Below, piece by piece: positions 8,630-19,629 of a stretch of 51,217 bases of DNA (position 1 is its first letter; every line of letters starts with the position of its first letter). The DNA lies in NCBI GenBank assembly GCA_910584805.1, contig CAJUCB010000004.1:1-51217 (forward strand), written 5' to 3'. Source of the stretch: an uncultured Oscillospiraceae bacterium (GTDB lineage Bacteria > Bacillota > Clostridia > Oscillospirales > Oscillospiraceae). Position numbers and translations under genes: made by a program. The notes below the pieces were generated by a model, which made no database searches, had not been told where the DNA came from, and saw only the letters and a list, made by a program, of their open reading frames with translations.

Positions 8630-8866
8630 TCACAGCATCCACAGAGAGTCCGCCACCTGGTCGATCTCCCCTTTCAGCCGGTGGAACTCCCCTTGGAGGC
8701 GGGCACGCCTTGGGGGGGTACACTCCGGCCGGGAGGCCAGCTGGGCCAAATTCTCCATGCGTTGGAGCAGCTCTTGGATCTGGGCCAGCTTGGCGTCCAG
8801 GGCTTGGAGCTTCTCTTGCCGCTGGGCCTCGTCCAGTTCTCGGGTATCCAATGCCTGCTCATCCAT
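8630..8866 (-). CDS. Small hypothetical helical protein (78 aa)
   Basis: Start overlaps the mfd stop (ATGGATGA); coiled-coil-like composition. Confidence 0.55.
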   Translation of the reverse strand: MDEQALDTRELDEAQRQEKLQALDAKLAQIQELLQRMENLAQLASRPECTPPRRARLQGEFHRLKGEIDQVADSLWML

Positions 8867-11800
8867 GGCCGCCGCCTCCCTTCTGGGCCTGTTCCTGGGC
8901 CTGGTGTAAATCCGTCAGCACAATCCCCGCCAGCTTCAGCACGTCGTCGCCCTTCTTCAGCCGCAGGGCCAGGTGGGGCTTCTCCCCGGCGGCGAAGAGC
9001 AGCCGCTGCTTGTATTTCTCCATAGAGCACAGCAGGGCCACCACCTGGAAGTCCGGCTTGGGCAGGGAGAAGCGCAGCAGGGATTCCTTCTGGACCAGCT
9101 CTGTCACCCCGCACAGCGCCGCCTTGGCCCGGAGCAGGGCAATGGTGATGAGGTTGGCCACCGCCTTGGGCGGGTCGCCGTAGCGGTCGATGAGCTCGTC
9201 CAGGATATCCTCCCCTTCCGCCTCCTCCTGGACCCGGGCCATACGGCGGTAGAGGTCCATGCGCTGTTCCGGGGCGGGAATATACTTCTCCGGGATGGAG
9301 GCGGGCACAGACAGCTCTGCCGTGCAGGCGGCGGGACGGGGGGCCACAGGCTTCCCCTGCTCCTCCAGCACCGCCTCTTCCAGCAGGCGCAAATAGAGGT
9401 CATAGCCCACGCTCATGAGAAAGCCAGACTGCTCCGGCCCCAGCAGGTTCCCCGCCCCCCGGATCTCCAAATCCCGCATGGCGATTTTGAAGCCGGAGCC
9501 AAAGGCGGCGTACTCCCGGATGGCGCTGAGGCGCTTGGACTGGTCCTCGGTGAGCACCCGGTTGGGGCGGTAGGACAGATAGGCAAAGGCCCGCCGGGCA
9601 CTGCGCCCCACCCGTCCCCGGAGCTGGTGGAGCTGGCTCAGGCCGAAGCGCTCTGCGTCCTCCACGATAAGGGTGTTCACATTGGGCAGGTCCACCCCCG
9701 TCTCAATGATGGTGGTACACACCAGGATGTCCACTTCCCCGTCGGTCATGCGCCCCATGATGTCGCTGATCTCCTCCTGGTCCAGCTTCCCGTGGGCCAC
9801 CGCCACCCGGACCTCCTCCCCCAACAGCTCCTTGAGCTTGTTGGCGGTGCGGGCGATGCTCTCGGTGTGGTTGTGGAGGTAATACACCTGGCCTCCCCGT
9901 TCCAGCTCCCGGCGCATGGCGTCAGCCAGGATGCCCCAGTCGTGCTCCAACACGTAGGTCTGCACCGGCTGGCGGTTGGCGGGGGCCTGCTCCAAGGTGG
10001 ACATATCCCGCAGCCCCGACAGGGCCATGTTTAAGGTCCGGGGGATGGGGGTGGCGGAGAGGGTCAAGACATCCACCTGCCGGGCCAGCTTTTTGAGCTT
10101 CTCCTTGTGGCCCACCCCGAAGCGCTGCTCCTCGTCCACCACCAGCAGCCCCAGGTCCTGGAAGTGGATGTCCTTCCCCAAAAGCTTGTGGGTGCCCACC
10201 AGCAAGTCCACGGAGCCCTCCGCCGTGCGCCGCAGGATGTCCCGGGCCTGGGCGGCGGTGCGGTAACGGGAGATCATTTCAATCTCCACAGGGAACTGGG
10301 CAAAGCGTTTCAGGGCGGTCATATAGTGCTGCTGGGCCAGGACGGTGGTGGGAACCAAAATCGCCGCCTGTTTCCCCTCCAACACGCATTTCATCACCGC
10401 CCGGAAGGCCACCTCTGTTTTACCATAGCCCACATCCCCACAGAGCAGGCGGTCCATGGGGGTGGGTTTTTCCATGTCTGCCTTGATCTCTCGGACGCAG
10501 CGCAGCTGGTCGTCGGTCTCCGCGTAGGGGAACTGGGCCTCAAAGTCCTGCTGCCAGGGGCTGTCGGGGGCGAAGGCGTAGCCCTCCAAGCGCTGGCGCT
10601 GGGCGTAGAGCTGGATAAGCCCCTTGGCCATATCCTTGGCGGCCTTTTTGGCCCGGGCTTTGTCCCGCTCCCAGGCGGTGCCCCCCAGGCGGGAGAGGCG
10701 TTTTTTGTCCGGGTCGTCCCCGCTGCCGATGTACTTGGACACCAGATCCAGCTGCAGGGCGGGGACATACAGCACATCCGAGGCGGCAAATTGCAGCTTG
10801 ATATAATCCCGGGGGGTGCCGTCCACAGACATCTTCACCATCCCCAAGAAACGGCCGATGCCGTGGGACTCGTGGACCACCAGGTCCCCCGGGGCCAGGT
10901 CCGTGAAGGATTCCAAGCGCTGGCGGTTGGAGGTGGGGGTGCTGCTGCGCCGCCGCTGCCGGGGCTGGGGGGGCGGGGCCCCCTCTGCCAGCACGGCGAA
11001 ATGGCCGTCGGGATAGTCGAAGCCTGCGGAGAGGTCCCCCACGGCAAGGGTGATCCGCCCTGGTTCCGGGAGGTCGTGGAGGTGTTCGTCCACAGCGCTG
11101 TGGATGTTCTTCTCCCGGAGCATCCCCTGTAAGGCGTCGGCCTTCCGGCGGCTGGCGGTGAGGACCACCACGGCGAAGTCCTGGCGCTGGTAGGCCTGCA
11201 AGTCCTCCACCATGGCCTCGAAGTGCATGGCGCTGCCGGGGAGCTGCCGGGCGGTGAGGGAGAGGAGGAACCGGGGGGGCACCGGCAGGCCCCCGGTGGT
11301 AAACGCATCTAGGTAGAGGAGGGTCCGGGGGGCCTGCCCTGCCTGGCACAAATCCTCAAAATCCTTGGCAAAGCTGCCATCCTTGCCGGAGAGCAGCCCC
11401 TGCTCCAACAGGGCCTTTACGTCCTCCCCCAGCTGCCACAGGTAGCTCTTGGCCCGGTCGGCCAGGCGGCTGGTGTCGCTGAAGGCCAGGAGGGCATGCT
11501 CGGGCAGGTAGTCCAGCCCGGCTGCCAGGGTTTTGTATACCTGGGGCAGGGCCAGGTCCGCCGGCTCTGCCGGGGCCCCCAGCACTTCCCGGGCGGGGAG
11601 GATGGCATACCGGCTCTGTTGTCCGCTGCGCCGCTGGGTGGCGGGGTCGAAATAACCCATGGAGTCGATGGTATCCCCCCAGAATTCCAGGCGCATAGGC
11701 AGGTCGGACCCGGGGGAGTACACGTCCAGAATGCCCCCCCGCAGGGCAAACTGCCCGACCCCCTCCACCTGGTCACAGCGGGCATAGCCCCCCTGGGCCA

Positions 11801-12278
11801 GGAAGTCCGCCAGGGCCTCCAAGTCATGGGCCTGGTCCACCGCCAGGGTTGTGCTGTGGCGGTCAAACTCCTCCGGGGGCAGGGTCCGTTGGAGCAAGCC
11901 CTCCACCGTGGCCACCAGCACCGGGCAGCGCCCTTGGCGCAGGGCGGCCAAGGTCTCCAACCGCTGGTGCTCCCACTGGCGGGAGGCGGAGGAGGGGTGG
12001 AAGCAGAACGCCCGGGCGGTGAGCAGCCGGGGTTCCACCCCGGTGAATGCCGCCAGGTCCCCGGCGGCGCGTTTGGCCTCCCCCTCGTCGGCGCACACCA
12101 GCACCAGGGGACGCTGGGTGGCCAGGTGCAGCCCGGCGGCCAAATGGGCACGGTGAACCGCCCCCAAGCCGGAGAGGGCCAGGGGGGCCCTGCCCTGGTT
12201 CAGGGCGTCCAGGATGCGGGGGTAGTCGGTCAGGCGGGAGAGTAGCTGCGGCAGCAAGGCCGTGGATCGCTGTGGCAC
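8859..12278 (-). CDS. mfd: Transcription-repair coupling factor
   Basis: UvrB-like N-terminus, CarD/RID GDLVVHESHGIG, CGDVGYGKT, DEEQRFG, SATPIPRT, QLRGRVGR, TRCF domain; GTG with AAGGAG RBS. Confidence 0.97.
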   Translation of the reverse strand: MPQRSTALLPQLLSRLTDYPRILDALNQGRAPLALSGLGAVHRAHLAAGLHLATQRPLVLVCADEGEAKRAAGDLAAFTGVEPRLLTARAFCFHPSSASRQWEHQRLETLAALRQGRCPVLVATVEGLLQRTLPPEEFDRHSTTLAVDQAHDLEALADFLAQGGYARCDQVEGVGQFALRGGILDVYSPGSDLPMRLEFWGDTIDSMGYFDPATQRRSGQQSRYAILPAREVLGAPAEPADLALPQVYKTLAAGLDYLPEHALLAFSDTSRLADRAKSYLWQLGEDVKALLEQGLLSGKDGSFAKDFEDLCQAGQAPRTLLYLDAFTTGGLPVPPRFLLSLTARQLPGSAMHFEAMVEDLQAYQRQDFAVVVLTASRRKADALQGMLREKNIHSAVDEHLHDLPEPGRITLAVGDLSAGFDYPDGHFAVLAEGAPPPQPRQRRRSSTPTSNRQRLESFTDLAPGDLVVHESHGIGRFLGMVKMSVDGTPRDYIKLQFAASDVLYVPALQLDLVSKYIGSGDDPDKKRLSRLGGTAWERDKARAKKAAKDMAKGLIQLYAQRQRLEGYAFAPDSPWQQDFEAQFPYAETDDQLRCVREIKADMEKPTPMDRLLCGDVGYGKTEVAFRAVMKCVLEGKQAAILVPTTVLAQQHYMTALKRFAQFPVEIEMISRYRTAAQARDILRRTAEGSVDLLVGTHKLLGKDIHFQDLGLLVVDEEQRFGVGHKEKLKKLARQVDVLTLSATPIPRTLNMALSGLRDMSTLEQAPANRQPVQTYVLEHDWGILADAMRRELERGGQVYYLHNHTESIARTANKLKELLGEEVRVAVAHGKLDQEEISDIMGRMTDGEVDILVCTTIIETGVDLPNVNTLIVEDAERFGLSQLHQLRGRVGRSARRAFAYLSYRPNRVLTEDQSKRLSAIREYAAFGSGFKIAMRDLEIRGAGNLLGPEQSGFLMSVGYDLYLRLLEEAVLEEQGKPVAPRPAACTAELSVPASIPEKYIPAPEQRMDLYRRMARVQEEAEGEDILDELIDRYGDPPKAVANLITIALLRAKAALCGVTELVQKESLLRFSLPKPDFQVVALLCSMEKYKQRLLFAAGEKPHLALRLKKGDDVLKLAGIVLTDLHQAQEQAQKGGGGHG

Positions 12279-12357
12279 AGGTGGTCGCTCCTTTCGGTGG
12301 GGTGGGGGTTTCTGATCGTTAATTGTATGCGGCGGGGGAGGGGTTCATGCTCAGGTG

Positions 12358-12951
12358 TTATCCATTAAACCCCGCCATCGCCGCGTCCACGCCCTTTTCC
12401 AGCAGCAGGGTGACGGCGTCCGCCGCCCGGTGGATGGCGGCTTCCATTACCTTGCGGTCCTCGCCGCTGGGCTTGCCCAGCACCCAGCCGGCCATGTCGC
12501 TGTCGGGATGGGGCTTGTCCCCCACCCCCACCTTCACCCGGGGGAACTGGTCTGTACCCAGGTGGGCAATGATGCTTTTCAGCCCGTTGTGCCCCCCGGC
12601 GGAGCCAGCGCGGCGGATGCGCAGCTTCCCCTGGGGCAGGGCCACGTCGTCGGAGACCACCAGCACCCGCTCCGGGGGGATTTTATAGAACTGGGCCGCT
12701 TGGCCCACGGACTCCCCGGAGAGGTTCATATAGGTGGTGGGCTTCATCAGCAGCACCGCTTGCCCGCCGATGAGGGCGGTGTTGGTGAGGGCCTTGTGCT
12801 TTAGCCGCTGCACCGGGATGTCCGCCCGTTCCGCCAGCTCATCCACCACCAGAAAGCCCATGTTGTGCCGGGTCCACGCATACTTGGGGCCGGGGTTCCC
12901 CAGGCCCACAACCAGCCAGCCCACCGGGCCGGGCCGTTGCCTAAAAAACAT
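12358..12951 (-). CDS. pth: Peptidyl-tRNA hydrolase
   Basis: VGLGNPG, TRHNMGF, KPTTYMNLSG, GGHNGLKS. Confidence 0.96.
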   Translation of the reverse strand: MFFRQRPGPVGWLVVGLGNPGPKYAWTRHNMGFLVVDELAERADIPVQRLKHKALTNTALIGGQAVLLMKPTTYMNLSGESVGQAAQFYKIPPERVLVVSDDVALPQGKLRIRRAGSAGGHNGLKSIIAHLGTDQFPRVKVGVGDKPHPDSDMAGWVLGKPSGEDRKVMEAAIHRAADAVTLLLEKGVDAAMAGFNG

Positions 12952-12984
12952 AGCTGCCACCTCAAAGATCGTGTCGAACGCAGA

Positions 12985-13013
12985 GAGAAAGCGGAGCAAA
13001 GCTCCGCTTTCTC
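12985..13013. terminator. Hairpin between prs and pth
   Basis: GAGAAAGCGGAGC-aaa-GCTCCGCTTTCTC. Confidence 0.6.
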
Positions 13014-13064
13014 TTGTGCCTCGCAGAGTCCACGCCCCAAGGGCGTGAAAAGTGTTTTTGTGCC

Positions 13065-14024
<960 letters not shown>

Positions 14025-14204
14025 CGTAACATCCCTCTCGATTCTGTATTTCTTCCGCAGCCCTGCGGAGATCCTCTCTTGTGCCCCCATTATATCAAAC
14101 AAACGCGGCTTTTGCACGTCCATTCCAAAGATTTTTGTATAAATTTTTCTCCCCCTCTTTGGTCTCTTTGACGGGGCAGCCCGGGGCGCCTCGTCAAAAA
14201 ACGG

Positions 14205-14233
14205 TTGTCAGCCAAGGGAAAGCGTGCTATAAT
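14205..14233 (+). promoter_or_regulatory. Sigma-A promoter with extended -10
   Basis: TTGTCA-N17-TATAAT with TG preceding the -10. Confidence 0.7.
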
Positions 14234-14337
14234 ACGGTTTCATATTAAACATGATACAATCCCTGCCCCGGCGGGGAGCCCACCGGCCCTGCCGCCCCAG
14301 GCACGCACCGGGGGCACAGGAAAAAGGAGAACAAAGC

Positions 14338-15606
14338 ATGAAGAACATTCGCAACAGAGCCCTGGCCCTGGTGCTGGCCCTGGTGCTGCTCACCGGCCTG
14401 CTCAGCGGCTGCGGCCAGGAGGAGGACCCCATCCAGGAGGCCTTTGGCTTCCCTGGCGACACGGTGATGCTCACCGTGGACGGCAACGATGTCACCGCCT
14501 CGGACCTGATGTACTGGATGGCCTACAACGCCGACTACATCGCCCAGTATTACCAGACCATAGGCCAGGAGATCGACTGGTCCGCCACCCTGGGGGGCAG
14601 CCAGCCTGTGGGGGAATATGTGAAGGAGCAGTCCCGCCAGACCGCCATCCTCTACAGCACCGTCACCGCCCACACCGCCGCCGCCGGCTACAGCTTCGAC
14701 CCCGACGACGCCGACTATAAGGTCCAGTTCGAGGAGGCCAAGGAGAACATGGGGGGCCAGGAGGAGTTCCAGCGCTTCCTGAAGGAGATGTGCCTCACCG
14801 AGGACAGCTTCCACGCGGTAAACTCCGTGGCCCTGGTGTACCAGCATATGCAGGAGGGCATCTGCCGCAAGGGCGGCGAGTATGAGCCCAGCCAGGAGGA
14901 GCTGAAGCAGTATGTGGCAGACAAGGACCTGCTCTCCGCCCGCCACATCCTCCTGATGACCAAGGACCCCCAGACCAACGAAGCCCTGAGCCAGGAGCAG
15001 GCCGCCGAGAAGAAAACCAAGGCCGAGGGCTTTGTCTCCCAGCTTCAGGCCATCGAGGACCCCAAGCAGCGCAGCGACAAGTTCAATGAGCTGATGAAGG
15101 CCAACAGCGAGGACAGCGGCTTAGCCAGCTATCCCAACGGCTACCTCTTCGGGGCCGGGGAGATGGTGGAGGAATTCGAGGAGGCCACCCGCGGCCTGGA
15201 AATCGGCCAGGTCAGCGGCATTGTGGAGAGCAATTACGGCTACCACATCATCCTCCGGGACGACCCCACCCAGTCTGAAGAGCTGCTGAACAGCTGGGCA
15301 GAGACAAAGATGCAGGACCTGTCCAACGAGTGGGTGACCGAGGCGGTGGTGGAGGACAAGGAAGCCTTCACCAACCTGGACGTGGCTGATTTCTATGCCA
15401 AGCTCACCGCCTACCGGGACTCCCTCCAAGCAGAGGACGAGGGCCAGGAGGATACCAACAGCGGCGAGGATGCCAACAGCGGCAAAGAGGACGGCGGCCA
15501 GGCCGGGGACAGCCAGGAATCCGACCCCCAAGCCCCTGCCCAGGAGGGCGGCAAGCCCGAGGATGGCGGCACCCCAGACAGCAAGCCCGACGGGGACAGC
15601 CAGTAA
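14338..15606 (+). CDS. PrsA-like parvulin peptidylprolyl isomerase lipoprotein
   Basis: Lipobox LSGC; ARHILL, SEDSG, MVEEFEEA, ESNYGYHII; acidic disordered tail. Confidence 0.88.
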   Translation: MKNIRNRALALVLALVLLTGLLSGCGQEEDPIQEAFGFPGDTVMLTVDGNDVTASDLMYWMAYNADYIAQYYQTIGQEIDWSATLGGSQPVGEYVKEQSRQTAILYSTVTAHTAAAGYSFDPDDADYKVQFEEAKENMGGQEEFQRFLKEMCLTEDSFHAVNSVALVYQHMQEGICRKGGEYEPSQEELKQYVADKDLLSARHILLMTKDPQTNEALSQEQAAEKKTKAEGFVSQLQAIEDPKQRSDKFNELMKANSEDSGLASYPNGYLFGAGEMVEEFEEATRGLEIGQVSGIVESNYGYHIILRDDPTQSEELLNSWAETKMQDLSNEWVTEAVVEDKEAFTNLDVADFYAKLTAYRDSLQAEDEGQEDTNSGEDANSGKEDGGQAGDSQESDPQAPAQEGGKPEDGGTPDSKPDGDSQ

Positions 15607-15637
15607 GCCTCCCGCCCCGCCAAACAGACAAAACCAC

Positions 15638-15676
15638 GGACGCCTCTCCCGATCCCGGGGAAAGGCGTCCGTTTTC
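15638..15676 (+). terminator. Intrinsic terminator
   Basis: GGACGCCT...AGGCGTCC stem followed by GTTTT. Confidence 0.65.
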
Positions 15677-15844
15677 TTAAAAATATTTCACGGGAATGTC
15701 ATGAAATCTTCATAATTCTATTCTATACTGTGGCCAGCATACAAGAAAGGGGACAAGTTCGCCCCCCTTCCGCCGGGAAACGGCACATGTTCACAGCCCG
15801 GCGGAAATAAGATAGAAAGGACTTCCCTGACTGACAAGGAGGCA

Positions 15845-17230
15845 ATGGAAATGGAAAACAGAAACAACGGTTGGAGCGGCGGCCAGCAAGACTACAACCA
15901 CAGCTACAATTTTGGTGGTGGCTACCCCGTCCCCACCGGCGACGACTTCCCGCCCCCCAGCGGCGGGGAAACGCCCCCCGGCCAAACGCCCCCCTGGCGC
16001 CGCAAGCCCAAGAAGAACTGGGGCGCGGCAAAGCTGGTGGCCCTGTGCCTGCTGTGCGCCCTCATCGGGGGCAGTGTGTACCCCATCTACCGGACGGTGG
16101 CAGGGAGCTCCACGGCCATCCACGTGGGCCAGCGCACCGCCACAGAGCTGACCACCAAAACCGTGGACACCGAGAAGGAGCTGACCCCCGCCGAGCTCTA
16201 CAACAGCTATGTGGGCTCCACCGTGGGCATCACCGTGGACCTGGTGGGCACCAACATCTTCGGCCAGCGGGTCACCGCCGCCGCCGCAGGCTCCGGCTTC
16301 GTGATTACGGAGAACGGCTACATCCTCACCAACTACCACGTAGTAGAGAACGCCAACGAGATCACCGTCACCTTCGTGGACGGCAAGACCTACCCCGCCA
16401 CCTACGTGGGGGGCGAGAAGGCCAACGACATCGCCGTCATTAAAATCGAGGCGGAGGGCCTCACCCCGGTGGTCCTGGGCTCTTCGGACAACATGCGGGT
16501 GGGGGAGCAGGTGATTACCATCGGCAACCCCCTGGGTGAGCTGACCTTCACCGAAACCGCCGGCATCATCTCCGCCGTGAACCGCACCATCACCATGTCC
16601 GACGGGCGGAAAATCAACATGATCCAGACCGATTGCGCCATCAACTCCGGCAACTCTGGCGGGCCCCTGTTCAACCTCCACGGGGAAGTCATCGGGGTGG
16701 TTTCCGCCAAATACTCTGGCAGCGGCAGCAGCGATTCCGCCAGCGTGGAGGGCTTAGGCTTTGCCATCCCCATTGACGACGTGGCAGACATCGTCTCGGA
16801 GCTGGTGACCAACGGCTACGTCTCCGGCAAGCCCTTCATGGGCGTCGGCCTGGGGGACGTGGATGAACAGGCCCAGGCCTACGGCGTCCCCGCCGGGGCC
16901 GTGGTCAGCCTGGCGCCCGATGGCCTGCCGGCGGCCAAGGCCGGCATCCAGGTGGGGGACATCATCACCGCCCTGGACGGCAAGGCCGTGAAGGGCCGCG
17001 ATGAGCTCACCGCAGCGGTGAAGGAGCACGCCGTGGGGGACAGCGTGACCCTCTCCGTGTTCCGGAGCGGGGAAAAGCTAGAGGTGAAGGTCACCCTGGC
17101 GGAGTCCACCCCAGAGCTCCAGGAGATTTACGAAAAGGCCCAGACTGCCTATGAGGAGGAGCAGGCCCAGAAGCGGCAGCAGCAGTCCCAGCAGGGGGGC
17201 TACAGCTACGGCTGGCCGTTCACCTGGTAA
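15845..17230 (+). CDS. htrA: HtrA/DegP-like membrane serine protease with PDZ domain
   Basis: GSGF, TNYHVV, DIAVIK, INSGNSGGPL catalytic motifs; one TM segment; C-terminal PDZ. Confidence 0.93.
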   Translation: MEMENRNNGWSGGQQDYNHSYNFGGGYPVPTGDDFPPPSGGETPPGQTPPWRRKPKKNWGAAKLVALCLLCALIGGSVYPIYRTVAGSSTAIHVGQRTATELTTKTVDTEKELTPAELYNSYVGSTVGITVDLVGTNIFGQRVTAAAAGSGFVITENGYILTNYHVVENANEITVTFVDGKTYPATYVGGEKANDIAVIKIEAEGLTPVVLGSSDNMRVGEQVITIGNPLGELTFTETAGIISAVNRTITMSDGRKINMIQTDCAINSGNSGGPLFNLHGEVIGVVSAKYSGSGSSDSASVEGLGFAIPIDDVADIVSELVTNGYVSGKPFMGVGLGDVDEQAQAYGVPAGAVVSLAPDGLPAAKAGIQVGDIITALDGKAVKGRDELTAAVKEHAVGDSVTLSVFRSGEKLEVKVTLAESTPELQEIYEKAQTAYEEEQAQKRQQQSQQGGYSYGWPFTW

Positions 17231-17263
17231 GCATCCGCTAAGATATAGAAAGGAGTTTTCCCT

Positions 17264-18028
17264 ATGACGTATGATTATCATGGCAAAGTCGTGATCATCA
17301 CCGGCGGCGGCCGGGGCATGGGCGCGGGCGTTACCGCTGCCGTGGCCAAAAGCGGCGCCACCACCATCATCACCGGGCGCACCGAAGCGCCCTTGCAGGA
17401 GCTGTGCCAGCAGCTCCGCCAGGACCACCAGGCAGACATCCACTACCAGGTGGCGGACGGCAGCGACGAGGCACGGGTCAAGGAGGTGGTGGCCTGGGTG
17501 GCCAAAACCTTTGGCCGCATCGACGCCATCATCAACAACGCCCAGGCGGAGGTCCACGGCGTCCCCCTGGAAGAGCAGAGCAAGGAGACCTTTGACCTGG
17601 CCTTCCAGACCGGCGTGTACGCAAGCTTCTACTATATGAAAGCCTGCTTCCCCTACCTGAAGGAGAGCAAGGGCACCATCATCAATATGGGGTCCGGCGC
17701 AGGCATTGCCGGGTTGAACGGCTTCGCCTCCTACGCCGCCGGCAAGGAGGCCATCCGGGGCTTGACGCGGGTGGCTGCCACGGAGTGGAGCCAGTACGGC
17801 ATCAACAGCAACACCATCTGCCCCTCGGTGGCCTCTGCGGCCCTGCTGGAATGGAAGGAGCTCCACCCAGAGGAAGCCGCCGCTGTCATGGCAGGCACCC
17901 CCATGCGGGACTTCGCCGACGGGGAGCTCCATGTGGGCGGCACCTGCCTCTTCCTCATGAGCCCGGAGGCAAAGTTTATCACCGGGCGCAACTTAGACGT
18001 AGACGGCGGGCAATATCTCCGGCCCTGA
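17264..18028 (+). CDS. SDR family oxidoreductase, hydroxysteroid-dehydrogenase-like
   Basis: TGGGRGMG, NNAQ, YAAGK catalytic motif. Confidence 0.9.
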   Translation: MTYDYHGKVVIITGGGRGMGAGVTAAVAKSGATTIITGRTEAPLQELCQQLRQDHQADIHYQVADGSDEARVKEVVAWVAKTFGRIDAIINNAQAEVHGVPLEEQSKETFDLAFQTGVYASFYYMKACFPYLKESKGTIINMGSGAGIAGLNGFASYAAGKEAIRGLTRVAATEWSQYGINSNTICPSVASAALLEWKELHPEEAAAVMAGTPMRDFADGELHVGGTCLFLMSPEAKFITGRNLDVDGGQYLRP

Positions 18029-18045
18029 GACGGCGGTTGCCCAGA

Positions 18046-18081
18046 AAACGCGGCGGCACAACACACTGTGCCGCCGCGTTT
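18046..18081 (+). terminator. Intrinsic terminator
   Basis: AAACGCGGCGGCACA-acacac-TGTGCCGCCGCGTTT. Confidence 0.8.
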
Positions 18082-18277
18082 CCCTCTGTCCAAAAGGGCT
18101 TCGCCTTGTCGCACAGCCGGCTGGCAACCCCCAACACGGACGCGGCACGGCCCATTACCCATAGATATTATATGTTTTCAACAACCCCGCCCCCCTCACA
18201 GTTTCCCCACTTCGTCAGATTTCTCCTTGACATTTGCGCCGATTTGTCGTAAATTATTGGGGTACAATGGAACAACA

Positions 18278-18545
18278 CAAAGACGATGAAGAGAAGAGTA
18301 CCCTGGGAGCTACGGCACAGAGAGCCCTGCATTGGTGGGAGGGGGCGCGGAATGCCTGGGGGAACATGGCCTCGGAGTCTCGCACCGACCGGGAATCCTC
18401 CCGCAGGCTGCGACGGGTGCGCCCGTCATTGCGCAAGGGTGTGTCAGCACCCAGAAAGGCCGCGCCTCGCGAGGGGCCCGGCAAACCAAGGTGGTACCAC
18501 GGCTATGCAGTCGTCCTTGACAGCGGGTCAAGGGCGGCTTTTTTG
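18278..18545 (+). promoter_or_regulatory. T-box riboswitch, Met specifier
   Basis: AGAGAG and GGTGGGA stem-I motifs, specifier GAAC-ATG (18366-18368), T-box AAGGTGGTACCACGG (18488-18502), terminator 18509-18545. Confidence 0.9.
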
Positions 18546-18576
18546 TGTTCACACCAGACAGAAAGAAGGGAACGCT

Positions 18577-19629
18577 GTGCGCGACGATTCCATACAAGTG
18601 CAAGAGAACAAGGGCTATGGCGGGGCGTCCATCCAAATCCAGCACCTGAACAAGACCTTCGGCGCCGGGCCCGACCAGGTCCAGGCCCTGGGGGATATCA
18701 ACCTGGACATCCGCCCCGGGGAGATTTTCGGCATCATCGGCCTGTCCGGGGCGGGGAAATCCACCCTGGTGCGGTGCATGAACCTCCTGGAACGCCCCAC
18801 CTCCGGGCGAGTCCTGGTGGAGGGGAAGGACATCACCCAGCTCTCCATCCGGGAGCTGCGCCGGGCCCGGCAGTCCATCAGCATGATTTTCCAGAGCTTC
18901 AACCTGCTCATGCAGCGCACCGCCCTGGAAAACATCTGCTTCCCCCTGGAACTGGCGGGGATGAAGGGGAGCCAGGCCCGGGAAAAGGCCCGCGGCCTGC
19001 TGAAGCTGGTAGGCCTGGCGGAGCGGGAGAACGCCTACCCCGCCCAGCTCTCCGGGGGCCAGAAGCAGCGGGTGGCCATCGCCCGGGCCCTGGCCACGGA
19101 CCCCAAGGTGCTCCTGTGCGACGAGGCCACCTCCGCCCTGGACCCCTCCACCACCCAGTCCATCCTGGAACTGCTCAAGGAGCTGAACCAAAAGCTGGGG
19201 GTGACCATGGTGGTCATTACCCACCAGATGAACGTCATTGAGGCCATCTGCCACCGGGTGGCCATCCTGGACGGGGGCGTGGTGGCGGAGGAAGGGAACG
19301 TCACCGAGATTTTTGCCAACCCCAGGAGCGCCATCGGCCGCCAGTTCGTCTACCCCGACGGGGTGCAGATCCCAAAGCTCACCAGCAGCAAGGTGGTGCG
19401 GGTGGTGTTCAACGGCGGCTCCTCTTACGAGCCCCTCATCGCCTCCCTGGCCATCGACTGCGGGGTGAAGGTGAACATCCTGGGAGCCGACACCCGGAAC
19501 ATCGACGGCAAGGCCTTCGGCTCCATGCTCTTAGGCCTGCCCAAGGACCTAGGGGAGGCCAACAAGGCCCTGCGCTATCTCCGCGGCCAGGCGGATATCA
19601 CTGTAGAGGAGGTGCCCGCAGATGCTTGA
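18577..19629 (+). CDS. metN: Methionine ABC transporter ATP-binding protein
   Basis: GLSGAGKS, LSGGQKQR, CDEATSALD, C-terminal NIL domain; GTG start inferred. Confidence 0.92.
   Translation: MRDDSIQVQENKGYGGASIQIQHLNKTFGAGPDQVQALGDINLDIRPGEIFGIIGLSGAGKSTLVRCMNLLERPTSGRVLVEGKDITQLSIRELRRARQSISMIFQSFNLLMQRTALENICFPLELAGMKGSQAREKARGLLKLVGLAERENAYPAQLSGGQKQRVAIARALATDPKVLLCDEATSALDPSTTQSILELLKELNQKLGVTMVVITHQMNVIEAICHRVAILDGGVVAEEGNVTEIFANPRSAIGRQFVYPDGVQIPKLTSSKVVRVVFNGGSSYEPLIASLAIDCGVKVNILGADTRNIDGKAFGSMLLGLPKDLGEANKALRYLRGQADITVEEVPADA

Noticed and set aside
15684..15715. parS-like TTTCACGGGAA and ATGAA-atc-TTCAT palindrome upstream of htrA
   Set aside because: Too many mismatches to parS; the palindrome is too short to assign to a regulator
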